Positions 43,460 to 58,649 of a stretch of 64,000 nucleotides of DNA are shown here, in pieces. Both the position numbers and the translations under genes were made by a program. This stretch comes from Eledone cirrhosa. Its lineage: Eukaryota. The stretch lies in contig OZ024756.1 of NCBI GenBank assembly GCA_964016885.1, positions 42,222,001 to 42,286,000 on the forward strand. Reading direction: 5' to 3'. The notes below the pieces were generated by a model. That model was not told where the DNA came from and did not search any database. It saw only the letters and a list, made by a program, of their open reading frames with translations. Each line of letters opens with the position of its first letter. The stretch's first letter is position 1.

Positions 43460-43986
43460 TCCACACCACCACCACCACCACCACCACCACCACCACCACC
43501 ACCACCGCCGCCACCACCACCACCACCACCACCACCGCCACCACCGCCGCCGCCACCACCACCACCACCACCACCACCACCACCCACCACCACCACCGCT
43601 ACCACCACCACCACCACCGCCGCCACCACCACCACCACCACCACCACCGCCACCACCACCACCATCACCGCCGCCACCACCACCACCACCACCACCACCG
43701 CCACCACCACCAACACCACCGCCACCACCGCCGCCGCCACCACCACCACCACCACCACCACCACCACCACCCACCACCACCACCGACACCACCACCGCCA
43801 CCACCGCCGCCACCACCACCACCACCACCACCACCGCCACCACCACCAACACCACCGCCACCACCGCCGCCGCCACCACCACCACCACCACCACCACCAC
43901 CACCACCCACCACCACCACCGACACCACCACCACCACCGCCGCCGCCACCACCACCACCGCCACCGACACCACCACCGCCACCACC
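43460..43986. repeat. (CCA/CCG)n trinucleotide repeat
   Basis: Directly visible. Confidence 0.97.
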
Positions 43987-44123
43987 TGACAATGTTTGAC
44001 TGGAATCCAATAAAAGTGACATCCCTAATAAATATCTAAATACATTAAAGCACCAAAACAAGAAGTTTATTTAGACAGGTAGCTTGTTGAGAATGGACAG
44101 GTAGGGTACAATCATATCTACCT

Positions 44124-44129
<6 letters not shown>

Positions 44130-44170
<41 letters not shown>

Positions 44171-44650
44171 TGTCTCTGTCTCTCTCTCTGTCTCTCTCTC
44201 TCTGTCTCTCTCTCTCTGTCTCTCTCTCTGTCTCTCTGTCTGTCTCTCTGTCTCTCTGTCTCTCTGTCTGTCTCTCTGTCTCTCTGTCTCTCTATCTGTC
44301 TCTCTGTCTGTCTCTCTGTCTATCTGTCTGTCTGTCTCTCTATCTGTCTCTCTGTCTGTCTCTCTGTCTCTCTGTCTGTCTCTCTGTCTCTCTGTCTCTC
44401 TGTCTCTCTATCTGTCTCTCTGTCTCTCTATCTGTCTCTCTGTCTGTCTCTCTGTCTCTCTGTCTGTCTCTCTGTCTCTCTGTCTCTCTATCTGTCTCTC
44501 TGTCTCTCTATCTGTCTCTCTGTCTGTCTCTCTGTCTCTCTGTCTGTCTCTCTGTCTCTCTGTCTCTCTATCTGTCTCTCTGTCTCTCTATCTGTCTCTC
44601 TGTCTGTCTCTCTGTCTCTCTGTCTGTCTCTCTGTCTCTCTGTCTCTCTG

Positions 44651-44717
<67 letters not shown>

Positions 44718-44726
44718 GTCTCTCTA

Positions 44727-44759
<33 letters not shown>

Positions 44760-44812
44760 GTCTGTCTGTCTTTCTGTCACTCTGTATCTCTCTCTATCTA
44801 TCTGTCTGTTTC
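44130..44812. repeat. (CT)n/(CTGT)n microsatellite
   Basis: Directly visible. Confidence 0.97.
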
Positions 44813-45046
44813 TATATAAACAAAAAACAAAACCGTTATAGACAACACACGATGTATGTATGTTTGTGTAGACAGGAAAGAATTCTTTAGCTTCATTTAA
44901 TTATATTCAATTTTCTTCAGGTGGGCACAAATGTGAATTCATTGCTTTGTCCTTTTTCTGCAACAAATATTTCTACCTTAATTCCATGTCCAGACGAGTG
45001 AACTAAAGAGGTGGGAGGGTTCTGGTGGATCGGAGCCTTTCTCACA

Positions 45047-45166
45047 ATGTTTGAAAGAAACAAAATGAAGCGTTCCTTCACAAACGACAGGAAAAATGGT
45101 ACCGAGTCAAAAACCATATCTCGATTTGCCACATTGACTCCCGGAGAAAATATCAAAGAAAAACAG
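45047..45166 (+). CDS. Candidate first coding exon (1a) of the dynein heavy chain
   Basis: ATG MFERNKMKRSFTND...PGENIKEKQ|gtaagc; 120 nt, phase 0 compatible with exon 60038. Confidence 0.55.
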
Positions 45167-46353
45167 GTAAGCACATCTTTTACTTGACATTACCTGTTCA
45201 AATTTAACCATTTCCCAATCATATTTCTGATGACATATACACAATTTCAATTAATTAATGAAGAATTTGGCAAGATTTACTAAAAATTATTAATTATTTC
45301 ATTATCAAGAAGGTAACATGACTCTTATATGAAATTATGTTGGAAGATTTTAATTTAAGTTGGAACTCTTTAACAAGATTGTGACTTTATTTTAATTAAT
45401 TAATGAAGAATTTGAAAGGATTTCCAAAAAATTATTTCATTACTAAGACAGTAACATAGTTCTTACATGAAATTATGTTGGAAGATTTTAATTTAAATAA
45501 GAACCCTTTAAAACGAGGGCAAAACAGAAAGTTTTGGCCAGATTAGTATCAAAGGGTTAAAGTGGGTCATCATTTCATTAACATTTCTTAATATTCCTTC
45601 TACTCCCTTCACCTTATTCAGGTCTAGTACTTGGGTATTTAACGCTCTACGCGAGTCCTACAATATGTTCCCCTTCTAGCCAGTTATGTACCTCATTTTG
45701 TCAAATATAATAAATTCAACTTGAAGCTTGGTAATCTGAAGAACGTAGTTTTTCATACATCTTACTCTAACAAGACTCTATCTTACAAAGCCTGTGTTTT
45801 TGTAACACACAGTCTAGACCCACCGAGGAATTGATAGAAACTTTAAAGCACCGGACGCCGAGGTCAATTTTGCTTTTCATCCTTCTGAGGTTGAGAAAAT
45901 AAAGTACCAGTGCTGGGCTCCATAATACCAACTTTCTCCTCACCACAAATTGTTGCTCTTGCGTCTAAAGTAGAAATCATTATTTGTAATAAAACTCTTT
46001 AACGTTCTGAACTAAAATCCTGTCGAGGTCAAATTTAATCTTTCCCAAGTTTGATAAAATGAAGTGGCTGTCAAGCGCTGGTCAATTTAATTGACTCCCA
46101 CTGACGCCCAGCATTCGGCATGAAACTCATGGCTGCTTGCTCTGTGTGTTTGTGTGTGTGTGTATGAAGCACCTAATCAGGAAGTCCTGATGCTGGAAAC
46201 TCTAAGGGAGGATTGATAGATGTTTAGTAAAAAGGTTTGGAGGATAAGACACGATAGGGAAAAAGAAAGAAGAGGTGTGACGAGAATGGAATTCAGTTTA
46301 TATATATAGAGGTAGAACACTGGAAGGTAATATCCATAACTGTTGAGTTACTA

Positions 46354-46392
<39 letters not shown>

Positions 46393-46429
46393 TAAAATAA
46401 CAGATTAAAGTTTAAGTAAAGAATCGCTG

Positions 46430-46540
<111 letters not shown>

Positions 46541-46956
46541 TGTGTGTAATAAAAAATATAAATAGAAAAATTAGCTTTTAAAAATTCAAATTATTCAAAT
46601 AATTGTTTCTACTTTTGGCACAAGGCCAGCAATTACCCAGTGTATTACTGGTACTTTATTTTATCGACCCCGTAAGGATGAAAGTTAACCTTGGTGGGAT
46701 TTGAACTGAGAATGGCAAGGGCCTTAACTCTATATGTCAAAGCATGGCGTCCGACCCTCTACCGGTACTGCCAATCCACCGCCCTACAGAAATTATTCAA
46801 ATAATGTTAGGTGAAAACACACACACATACACACACATATACATATATATATATATATAGGAAAAGAGTCAGGACCCCGACGGCTGAGCTCCAGCTGCTT
46901 CAACATATGTGTATATATATATATACATGTGTATGTGTATATATATATATACATGT

Positions 46957-47010
<54 letters not shown>

Positions 47011-47292
47011 GTGTGTGTATATATATATATATATATACATGTGTATGTTTATATATATATATATATACATGTATATATATACACGGTAAAAAAGCACCCA
47101 GCTCTCACTGTAAATGAGGTTGGTACATCCAGCTGTAGAAATCAAGCCAGAATCAGTTCCATATGAGCAAGGCAAGGTCACCTGACCTGGCACTGCCCAC
47201 AACAGGACAACCCATCTAACCCATGCTAGTCTGGAAGAATGGACGTAAAACGGTGGTGATGATGATGATATATATATGCGGGTGTGTGTGTA

Positions 47293-47350
<58 letters not shown>

Positions 47351-47552
47351 ATTTATATATATATTTATATATATATATATTTATATATATATATTTATAT
47401 ATATATTTATATATATATTGTGAGTGTGTTCTGTTATTAATTCTGGCAATATTACACAAATATGACCCTCCCCAAGTATAACAATATATATATTTATATT
47501 TATATATATTTATATATATATATATTTATATATATATTTATATATTTATATT

Positions 47553-47583
<31 letters not shown>

Positions 47584-47594
47584 TTATATATTTA

Positions 47595-47717
<123 letters not shown>

Positions 47718-47756
47718 TTATATATATATTTATATATATATTTATATATTTATATT

Positions 47757-47787
<31 letters not shown>

Positions 47788-47798
47788 TTATATATTTA

Positions 47799-47925
<127 letters not shown>

Positions 47926-48072
47926 TTATATATATATTTATATATATATTTATATATATATATATATTTATATCTTGAAGGCGGCTGGCTGTGAAGCTAG
48001 TTGGTCAGCTGCCCTCTCTGTCTCTGGTTTTTCGGACCCATGGCTTTTTACATATTCCTTTGTTATATTCCA

Positions 48073-48130
48073 ATACCTGATGATATCACCGGATTCATAT
48101 GGAACCCGGTCATTGAAATGATCATAGTAT
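48073..48130 (+). ncRNA. Hammerhead ribozyme (family of 20193)
   Basis: atac-CTGATGA...GAAATGATCATA-gtat; helix III is the palindrome ATGATCAT. Confidence 0.75.
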
Positions 48131-48249
48131 AATAAACCTTTCAAGGATTTACACCAGTCCAGCCTCCTGTTATTTCATTTATATATATTTATATATATAT
48201 ATTTATAAATATATTTATATATATATATTTATATATATATATATATATA

Positions 48250-48501
48250 AGAGGGATCAGATGTTGTTTACTCGACAGAAGGCTACGTTGGTATGGACAC
48301 GTGATGCGCATGAAAGTCGATAGCTGTATAACAAAGTACAGGGCAATAAAGATAGACAGTAGCCACGGAATAGGCAGACCTAGAAAATCCTGGGACGAGC
48401 TGATAAACTCCGACCTCACACACTTACACCTCTCCAAGACAATGTCACTGGACCGAGACCTTTGGCGGTACTCAGTAATAGAGAAGACCCGCCTTACCTA
48501 A
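48250..48501 (+). pseudogene. RTE-clade LINE 3' coding end
   Basis: RRLRWYGHVMRM...GRPRKSW...DRDLWR. Confidence 0.85.
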
Positions 48502-49064
48502 ATACATAGTAAAACCTACTACAGCCAGTAGGCATCTCTAACAAAATACCCCCCCCCCCCCCCCCCCTCCACCCCCCCTCCTATGTAAAGTTATGTTGGT
48601 GCCACACCATCCAGGCCGAAACAAATGAGATCGTGTAGGTGTCACGACAAAAAAACACACAGTCCACGCTGTAATGTGGCCGTGTAGGCAACACGGTAAA
48701 AACCTCCCAGCCCCACACTGTAAATGTGGTTGGTGTTAGGAAGGGCATCCAACTGTAGAAAACCTGCCAGACAGTCCTATGCGAGCAAGACAATCACTCT
48801 TGCCTCAAGTGGGAATACCCCCGTCCAAACCCATGCAAGCGTGGAACACGGACGTTAAACGTTGATGATGATGATGATGATGATATATATATATATTTAT
48901 ATATATATATATATTGTTATACTTTGGGAGGGTCATGTTGCCAATAAGAAACACATGCACCAGTTGCTTTCACTTCAATTTATTATAATAAATTTATAAA
49001 TTTAGGAATTTATAAATTTCCGGTTCGTTGGTTGGTTCCACAACCAGATGATTGTTTATATATT

Positions 49065-49107
49065 GTCAAAGTTCTTTCGTCACACATTCTGTGACCTCTT
49101 CAGTGAC
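49065..49107 (-). ncRNA. Hammerhead ribozyme (family of 16595)
   Basis: gtca-CTGAAGA-g-GTCACA-gaatg-TGTGAC-GAAAGAACTT-tgac. Confidence 0.7.
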
Positions 49108-49168
49108 TGGGGATTCTTTTCTTTGTTTTTGTGCCTCTCCTTTGTTCTGTCCCACGCCATCTTGTTTT

Positions 49169-49210
<42 letters not shown>

Positions 49211-49406
49211 TTCCTTAGGAAGGGTAAAAGAAAGTTGAGTGCTCTATGTATACTACAGAGCTATTTAATTATGCAATAAACAACATCAGACAATTATTCC
49301 ATTTACCAAAGGTTTCACGAAGACAGATGAGCTCAACAGAGACGTCTGAAATTGCTCATCAGAATGAAAATATATATATATGCGCGCGCGCGCATGTGTG
49401 TGTATT

Positions 49407-49791
49407 TACAAGGGCAATCCCAAAAGTAAGGTCTCCTTCCGATATTGCAACTTTTCCGTTAAAATCCTGTGGATGGTACTTCGGGAAACCTCAGGAACCA
49501 AAATACAGAGAGCATCCAGAATGATCCGCCGATCTTTACGCACGTTTTCCTTGGAAGGAGACCTTACCTTTGGGATTGCCCTCGTATATAATAACTGCGC
49601 GAAATTCGCACTTGGCTGTGGTAGCGTTCAACGGGAGCTCCATTCTCAACGGCTGCTAAGCCAAGATTGAGCATCCCAGCGAAGCGAGTGCATGCTTGTT
49701 TGGGGGTGAAGGAAGCACCAATCACAACAGTGTTGCCAACAGCCGTACGAACAGTTTCTTTGGAGACCTTAGTTTTGGGATTACCCTCGTA
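49407..49791. mobile_element. Mariner-type MITE with one left TIR and two right TIRs (ending 49586 and 49791)
   Basis: tacaagggcaatcccaaaagtaaggtctcc / ggagaccttacctttgggattgccctcgta. Confidence 0.75.
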
Positions 49792-50346
49792 CATATACAC
49801 CTATATATGACACAGAAGTTCTGCATCTTTAAAAAGTAAGAGGGAGTAATTTAAAAGGTGGATCACCTCCTTTAACGAGACAACAACCAACACACACACA
49901 CACACACACATATATATACACATGTGTGGGGTGTGTGTGTGTGTGTCTATACATTGATTTCCATGCAGTTGAAAACCAAATCAATAGATAAAGCAGAGTG
50001 TATATATTTTATTGACATTGCTACAGCAGTGACTCAACAGCCTACATTTACATGTCAACATAAGATCAAACACCTAGACGAATATACATATATATATATA
50101 TATCATCATCATTTTACATTTGCTTTTCCCTGCTTGCACACACACACACACACACATATATATATAAATATAGAAACGGCTTCTACAGAACTAGAACTGT
50201 TTCATTTATATGAAATCACGAGTCAGCCTCTGGAAATCACTGTAGTTTGTCTTTCAATTGTTTTTTCCATTGTCTTTGTTCTGTGTGCCTTCTATTTTGA
50301 ATATATATATGTATATATATTATGTATGTATGAATATAATAACTTA

Positions 50347-50387
<41 letters not shown>

Positions 50388-50437
50388 GAGGAAACCACAG
50401 TAAGTAAGGTACTCAATACATAGTAGAGTGTAAAAGT

Positions 50438-50540
50438 TTTAATATAGAAGAGCTTCTACAGGACTAGAACGGTTTCATTCGGGAGAAATCATCAGGAATG
50501 AAACAGTTCTAGTCCTGTAGAAGCTCTTCTATATTAAAAA
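50438..50540. mobile_element. Small foldback with a hammerhead core (50462-50497, minus strand)
   Basis: CTGATGA-tttc-tccc-gaat-GAAAC; related pieces at 17580-17695, 28575-28652, 50165-50210. Confidence 0.55.
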
Positions 50541-50612
50541 TATATATATATTATAAAGTGAAATGACAGGAGGCCAAATATGTTGAATTTCCTTAACTAT
50601 TTATTTCTGTAA

Positions 50613-50670
50613 ACACTATGCACATTTCATTGGCCAGGTTGCGTAATTACCCGGTGACCTCATCAGGTGT
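50613..50670 (-). ncRNA. Hammerhead ribozyme, diverged relative of the 20193 family
   Basis: acac-CTGATGA-ggtcaccgggt...acctggccaat-GAAATGTGCATA-gtgt. Confidence 0.75.
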
Positions 50671-50829
50671 AAATTGCGCAATAGATGTATACCAACAGAA
50701 TGATGGTAAGCTTTAAGGAAACAAGCAAAGAAAAAACAAAGAAGAAAAAAGTGTGTTTATGTTTTTGACCCAGAGACGAACAAAGCAGCATGTTGTTACA
50801 ATGCCTCACCATCTCTGAGTATATATATA

Positions 50830-50916
<87 letters not shown>

Positions 50917-50923
50917 ATATATA

Positions 50924-51039
<116 letters not shown>

Positions 51040-51380
51040 TATCATCATCATCATCATTTTACGTCTGCTTTTCCCTGCTTGCAAGGGTGGGACGGGTCCT
51101 ATTCAGCATCTCTCCACTTGTCACGCTCCTTCACCATCTCCTGTGTGAGCTTCAGTGATCTGAGGTCAGCTCTCACCCCCTCCGCCCATATTCTATGATA
51201 AGGTATTCATACATCTTCAATGTATGATTATCAGTAAAAAAGCTCAATGGACCTTAGTTTAGAGCATCAATAATATAAATTTAAACGATATATGGAGAGA
51301 GAAAGAGTCATATATGATTTGATAAACACAGATAATTATCAACTTAACGAAGATTCTATAAAGTGATATTGATAATTAAT

Positions 51381-51662
51381 AAAGGTGGCAGACTGGTAGA
51401 ATCGGTAGAGCATCAGATAAAATGCCAGTGCAGTATTTGTTCTGACTCTTTACATTCTGAGTTCAAATCCCACTGAGGTCAACTTTGCCTTTCAACCTTA
51501 CAGGGTTGATAAAATAAAGTATCAGTCATGTACTGGGGTCTATTCAACCAAATCTGTCCTTCAGAGATTAATAAAATAAAGTACCAGTCATGTACTGGGG
51601 AATCAATTTAATCAGCTTTGCCCTTCCTCAAAATGTATTGGCCTTGTGCCTCAATTAGAAAT
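51381..51662 (+). mobile_element. Near full-length tRNA-derived SINE with an internal duplication
   Basis: ggtggcagactggtagaatcggtagagc...gagttcaaatcc...ggccttgtgcc; older copies at 24550-24710, 40690-40830, 45850-45980, 54315-54490, 58670-58830(-), 61815-61960. Confidence 0.75.
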
Positions 51663-52832
51663 CAATAATTAATTTGGTTCTAATAAACACGACTAATTCT
51701 TTATTATTATTTTAAAAATTATTATTTTTAACTATCTTTAATATTAAATAAGAAGTGAGAAATTGAGCTTGAGATACAAAAGAAGTGCTGCAGAAGGGAG
51801 GATGGTGATGATGGTGGTGGTGACCAGGAGGATATGTGTCTAGACTTGCAGGAGTAGTACCTCTATCTTTAGCTATTGTTCACTTTTTATTTAGTGATGC
51901 ATGTGAAATGAGGAGGAAACTAGAAGGGGAGGAAGAGGAGAAGGGAGAGCCAACTAGAATAGGAGAAGGAGGAAGAATGAGAGGGAAAGAAAACAGGATG
52001 GTAGTGATAATTACCAATTATATATACATTAATAAAACAAAAAGAAGAAATCAAGAAAAAGAAAGTTTTCTCTCCATTCTATAAATAAGAAAATGTCTCT
52101 AGTTTACAAAAACAACAAAATTTACCAAACCTTGAACAGGAAAAAATCTTTTGAGTAAAATAAAAGCCTTTGTTCTGTATATTTAAAAAAAATTGTACGC
52201 CCTCCCCCTGTCTTTGTATTGTTCCCTATATGTTGGCCCTTGTGACCAATAAATGAAACCATCATTATTGTTATTTTCAAATCCCGTCGAGGTTAGCTTT
52301 GCCTTAAGTACCAGTAATGCACTGGGGTTGATTTAATCGACTTTCGCCGCCCCTTCAAATTGCTGGCCTTGTGCGTAACCCTTTAGCATTTAAACTGGCT
52401 GTATCCGGTCAGAATTCTCTCACCTCTTTCTGTTGAAACTGGCCATAACTAGCCACTCATACTGATTTTAATGTATTGTTTTCAAAATAAATAATTGTTT
52501 CTACGTTAGGCACAAGGCCAGCAATTACCCAGTGTATTACTGGTACTTTATTTTATCGACCCCATAAGGATGAAAGGCAAAGTTAACCTCGAATATCAAA
52601 ATCTCATAAATTCCAAATTATGTGAGATATTATGTGAGGTAAAGCCTTTACTGTGAAAATACAATAGTAAATATAGAGTAATGTAAATGTTATGTGAGGT
52701 AAAGCCTTTACTGTGAAAATACAATAGTATATATAGAGTAATGTAAATGGTAAAGGGTTGAAGTAGAAACAATTATTATTATGATGATATTGTTGTAGAA
52801 CCCCCCCCCCCCCCCCCCCCGCCCAACATAGA

Positions 52833-53100
52833 CTTTAATTGATATTGCAATCCCTCAAGCCCACAATGTGACTGAAAAGGAAACGGAAAAGATCAATAAG
52901 TTTGCTGACCCTGTGCTATTAGAACTGATCACCATGTAGAGACACAAGTCATACCAATAGTCATGGGAGTGCTTGGCACAGTCCCTAAACTCCTTATGTC
53001 TTTCATCAAAAGACTTGGGATCCCTGATTTCATAGGCAGTGCCCAAATTTCTACCACCTCCACAACTGCCAAAACCCTACATGATATATTGAGCTTCTGA
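52833..53100 (+). pseudogene. Restriction-like endonuclease C-terminus of an R4/NeSL-type LINE
   Basis: LIDIAIP.AHNVTEKETEKINKFAD and VIPIVMGVLGTVPK. Confidence 0.75.
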
Positions 53101-53335
53101 GATGAGGGAACTGATCTAAACCCAATTAATACACTGCACCTAGCAACCGATTGCTAGAGAAACCTTACAAAAGGAAAGAAAATAATTTATTATTATTGTT
53201 ATTTGTGATTTTCTTTCTGATGGCAGCTGCAACACTCAGTAAGAAGTGCATGCATGAGATAATTAACAAGAAAATGATAAGATGATCAATTTTAAACTAT
53301 ATAAAGTAACACCACATCACCAAAACAGTGATATA

Positions 53336-53423
<88 letters not shown>

Positions 53424-53491
53424 CAAAGAAACTTTAGTTTTATTCCTGCTCTGCTCTGCTTCAGAGCACGTTAGGATTATGCAAACAAAAA

Positions 53492-53551
53492 ATGCTGAAA
53501 CCAATCCGTAAGCTACAAATTGTTTCCAGAACACCTTTTATAGTTTTACAG
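53492..53551 (+). CDS. Candidate alternative first coding exon (1b) of the dynein heavy chain
   Basis: ATG MLKPIRKLQIVSRTPFIVLQ|gtaaga; phase 0; length and character like vertebrate DNAH5 exon 1 (recalled). Confidence 0.5.
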
Positions 53552-53659
53552 GTAAGATATTTTTTTATGTTAATACTTGCATGGAATCCCTCTTTTTCCC
53601 TATCCTTCTCTGTTCCTGTCTATATATATAAACACACACACATGCACAGAGAGAGAGAG

Positions 53660-53717
<58 letters not shown>

Positions 53718-53829
53718 AATGTTACTCAAGACAGTTGCTGCCTACCTATGGTTTCAAAGCTTGCTCCTGTATTGGTCATACATTTATGTTATGGTCCTCT
53801 CTGGAAATTGTTTCTCTTCAGGCAAAAAT

Positions 53830-53885
<56 letters not shown>

Positions 53886-53989
53886 GTGTTTTCGTAGGAA
53901 AGGTAAAGGAAAGGAGAGTGCTCTATGCAGGCTACAGAGCTATTTAGTTAGGTAATAAACAACATAAGACAATTATTCCATTCAGATTT

Positions 53990-54056
53990 CATTCTGATGA
54001 GCAATTTCAGACGTCTGTGTCGAGCTCGTCTGTCTTCGTGAAACCTTTGGTAAATG
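53990..54056 (+). ncRNA. Hammerhead ribozyme with extended stem II (sibling at 49300-49366, minus strand)
   Basis: catt-CTGATGA-gc...gt-GAAACC-ttt-GGTA-aatg; helices I and III are intact. Confidence 0.75.
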
Positions 54057-54080
54057 GAATAATTGTATTATGTTGTTTAT

Positions 54081-54165
<85 letters not shown>

Positions 54166-54919
54166 ATATATATACATTGAATGAAGAATTGTAATGGGTG
54201 TCACCCTAACAGAGATATCCTCCGCTTTCTATTTTAATGCTAAACCAAATATATAACATCCAGTACTCTGTTGTATCCATTGTTTTAAGAGTCTTAAACT
54301 CATTAAGAATTTATTTAGGGCAGTGTATTGGTAGTATCATTAGAGCCTTGGACAAGTCCCTCAGAGGCTAATGGGGCCTTTCATTCATTTCGGGGTCGAT
54401 AAAATAAAATACTGATCAAGTGTTCTGGTCGTTTTAATCGATTTTTCATTTCCTTTAAATTTCCTGGCTTTGTGTCTCAATTAGAAGCAATTATTAATAA
54501 TTCATTAAAGAGCTAATATTATATTATAAAGTGATCAACGTGATCAATAGATCATAATACAATGATAGAAAGATTTGTAGATGTGTCAGATGAGGATTAG
54601 AAATATTCTTAGCAACATATTTCTCTGAAACGGTTATATCTCAGTTGACATAAAAATCATTTTGATATATACTTCGTGAGGTCCACAATATAGAACCCAA
54701 CATTATCACTTAGGATATATACTTCACATTATGAAAACCAACATTATCACTATAGAAATCATATCAATATATACTTCTTGAGATGTACAATACAAAGATG
54801 AAAGTTTCAATGGTGTCACGACATCAGACAGTAAGTTGTGAAATTCATATATATATATATATTATAAAATCATATCTCTCCTCTCGCCAAAGTCTATATT
54901 TTTCATGATGCTATACTTG

Positions 54920-55703
<784 letters not shown>

Positions 55704-55837
55704 GAAGTTGGAAATAGCACGGAAAATATATTTAAGGGTCTGTTTTTCTTTTTGGATTCTTCAAAGTGACATTATTGAAAATATAACATTATTGTAAAAA
55801 ATGAGAGGGACAATTCTTTTTAAAAAAAAGTTTTATA

Positions 55838-57374
55838 ATGTATATGAAGTATATAACGTATATAAAGTATATGAAGTATATAACGTATATAAAGTATATG
55901 AAGTATATAACGTATATAAAGTATATGAAGTATATAACGTATATAAAGTATATAAAGTATATAACGTATATAAAGTATATGAAGTATATAACGTATATAA
56001 AGTATATGAAGTATATAACGTATATAAAGTATATAAAGTATATAACGTATATAAAGTATATGAAGTATATAACGTATATAAAATATATGAAGTATATAAC
56101 GTATATAAAGTATATGAAGTATATAACGTATATAAAGTATATGAAGTATATAACGTATATAAAGTATATAAAGTATATAACGTATATAAAGTATATGAAG
56201 TATATAACGTATATAAAGTATATGAAGTATATAACGTATATAAAGTATATAAAGTATATAACGTATATAAAGTATATGAAGTATATAACGTATATAAAGT
56301 ATATGAAGTATATAACGTATATAAAGTATATGAAGTATATAACGTATATAAAGTATATGAAGTATATAACGTATATAAAGTATATAAAGTATATAACGTA
56401 TATAAAGTATATGAAGTATATAACGTATATAAAGTATATGAAGTATATAACGTATATAAAGTATATAAAGTATATAACGTATATAAAGTATATGAAGTAT
56501 ATAACGTATATAAAGTATATGAAGTATATAACGTATATAAAGTATATGAAGTATATAACGTATATAAAGTATATGAAGTATATAACGTATATAAAGTATA
56601 TAAAGTATATAACGTATATAAAGTATATGAAGTATATAACGTATATAAAGTATATAACGTATATAAAGTATATGAAGTATATAACGTATATAAAGTATAT
56701 GAAGTATATAACGTATATAAAGTATATAAAGTATATAACGTATATAAAGTATATGAAGTAACGTATATAAAGTATATAAAGTATATAACGTATATAAAGT
56801 ATATGAAGTATATAACGTATATAAAGCATATGAAGTATATAACGTATATAAAGTATATGAAGTATATAACGTATATAAAGTATATGAAGTATATAACGTA
56901 TATAAAGTATATGAAGTATATAACGTATATAAAGTATATAAAGTATATAACGTATATAAAGTATATGAAGTATATAACGTATATAAAGTATATGAAGTAT
57001 ATAACGTATATAAAGTATATAAAGTATATAACGTATATAAAGTATATGAAGTATATAACGTATATAAAGTATATGAAGTATATAACGTATATAAAGTATA
57101 TGAAGTATATAACGTATATAAAGTATATGAAGTATATAACGTATATAATGTATATGAAGTATATAACGTATATAAAGTATATGAAGTATATAACGTATAT
57201 AAAGTATATAACGTATATAAAGTATATGAAGTATATAACGTATATAAAGTATATGAAGTATATAACGTATATAAAGTATATGAAGTATATAACGTATATA
57301 AAGTATATGAAGTATATAACGTATATAAAGTATATGAAGTATATAACGTATATAACGTATATAAAGTATATGAA
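55838..57374. repeat. 27-bp minisatellite built from three 9-bp subunits
   Basis: gtatataac-gtatataaa-gtatatgaa. Confidence 0.97.
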
Positions 57375-57539
57375 AAATTACCGGTTTCGATGTATTGTTA
57401 AAATCCATCTTATCAAATGTTGAGTATTGAAATCTTTTGTATAGAACCTTACTTCCCTTTTCTAATATATATATATATATACTATAGTTAGATATATTGG
57501 TATTCCATTTGATATACATACGTACACACACACATACAT

Positions 57540-57595
<56 letters not shown>

Positions 57596-58556
57596 TATAG
57601 TTGGGTAAATTGGTATATCAGCAGGATTTGAACTCAAAATATGAAGAGTCAGAACAAATACTGTTAAACAATCATCTGACACTCTAATGACTCTGCCAAT
57701 ATATCAGCTCTAATGAATTATTTATACTGATTGTAAGACAACTTTGTAAAGATCAGATACAGAGAAATATTGGAGGTTTAGGTTTGGCCCAGTACCAAGC
57801 ATAAATAATGAACATTTAATGGTAAGAAGACATACTTTCTCAGTTGGTAGCATATTATATTCAGAAAAATATATTTGATGATGACATTCCCTGGATATTG
57901 CCTTTCCCTTGGACAACATTGGTGGTGTGGAGAGGGGAGGTTTGTATGCATGGGTGACTTCTGGTCTTCTACAAACAACCTTGCTCAGACTTGTGCCTCG
58001 GAGGGGAAGTTTCTAGGTGCAAATCTCATGGTCATTCCTGACCAAAGGAGGTCTTTACCCTCACCTTTACTGTAATATAATAATTGAGCCTATCCTAGTA
58101 ACATTATAAACAGAAATACATGTAAATACTAGGAAACTGGACGTTACTCATAGCTAATGTTTATTTCTTACTCAATGTTGTTTTAACTTTGAATCTTATC
58201 TCACATTTCCTCCAATGTTCCGGTCATAAATCATGGCTTTTATTTTACAAATAAATTTAATAAAATAAATAAAAAAAAAAAAAACAGTTAGGTCACCTTA
58301 GAAACACTTGGGAGAGGCTAAGGAGCCACATGAGGCTCCGGAATCACAGGATTCCCAAACCCCTACTCATATAAAGTACCAGTAATTAATTGGTGCAAAG
58401 AAAAATTATGTTCAATGTTGTTGTTTGTATGGACCCATAAATTCTGGTGAAGTCATAGTGACATATGATGTGTCTTGGGCATTTTAAACCTGGTGGGGGC
58501 TTATCTACTCTCCAGGTCTGAACATAGCTGTCTTCTTCTTCTTCTAGAGAGAGAGA

Positions 58557-58649
<93 letters not shown>

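Noticed and set aside
29939-43999. Poly-T/P/H/V/G ORFs at 30400-31100 and 43370-44060
   Set aside because: Trinucleotide microsatellites with no splice or homology support
53292-53534. Minus-strand ORF resembling a signal peptide (MFWKQFVAYGLVSAFF...)
   Set aside because: Starts at GTG, runs into microsatellite, and is the antisense of candidate dynein exon 1b
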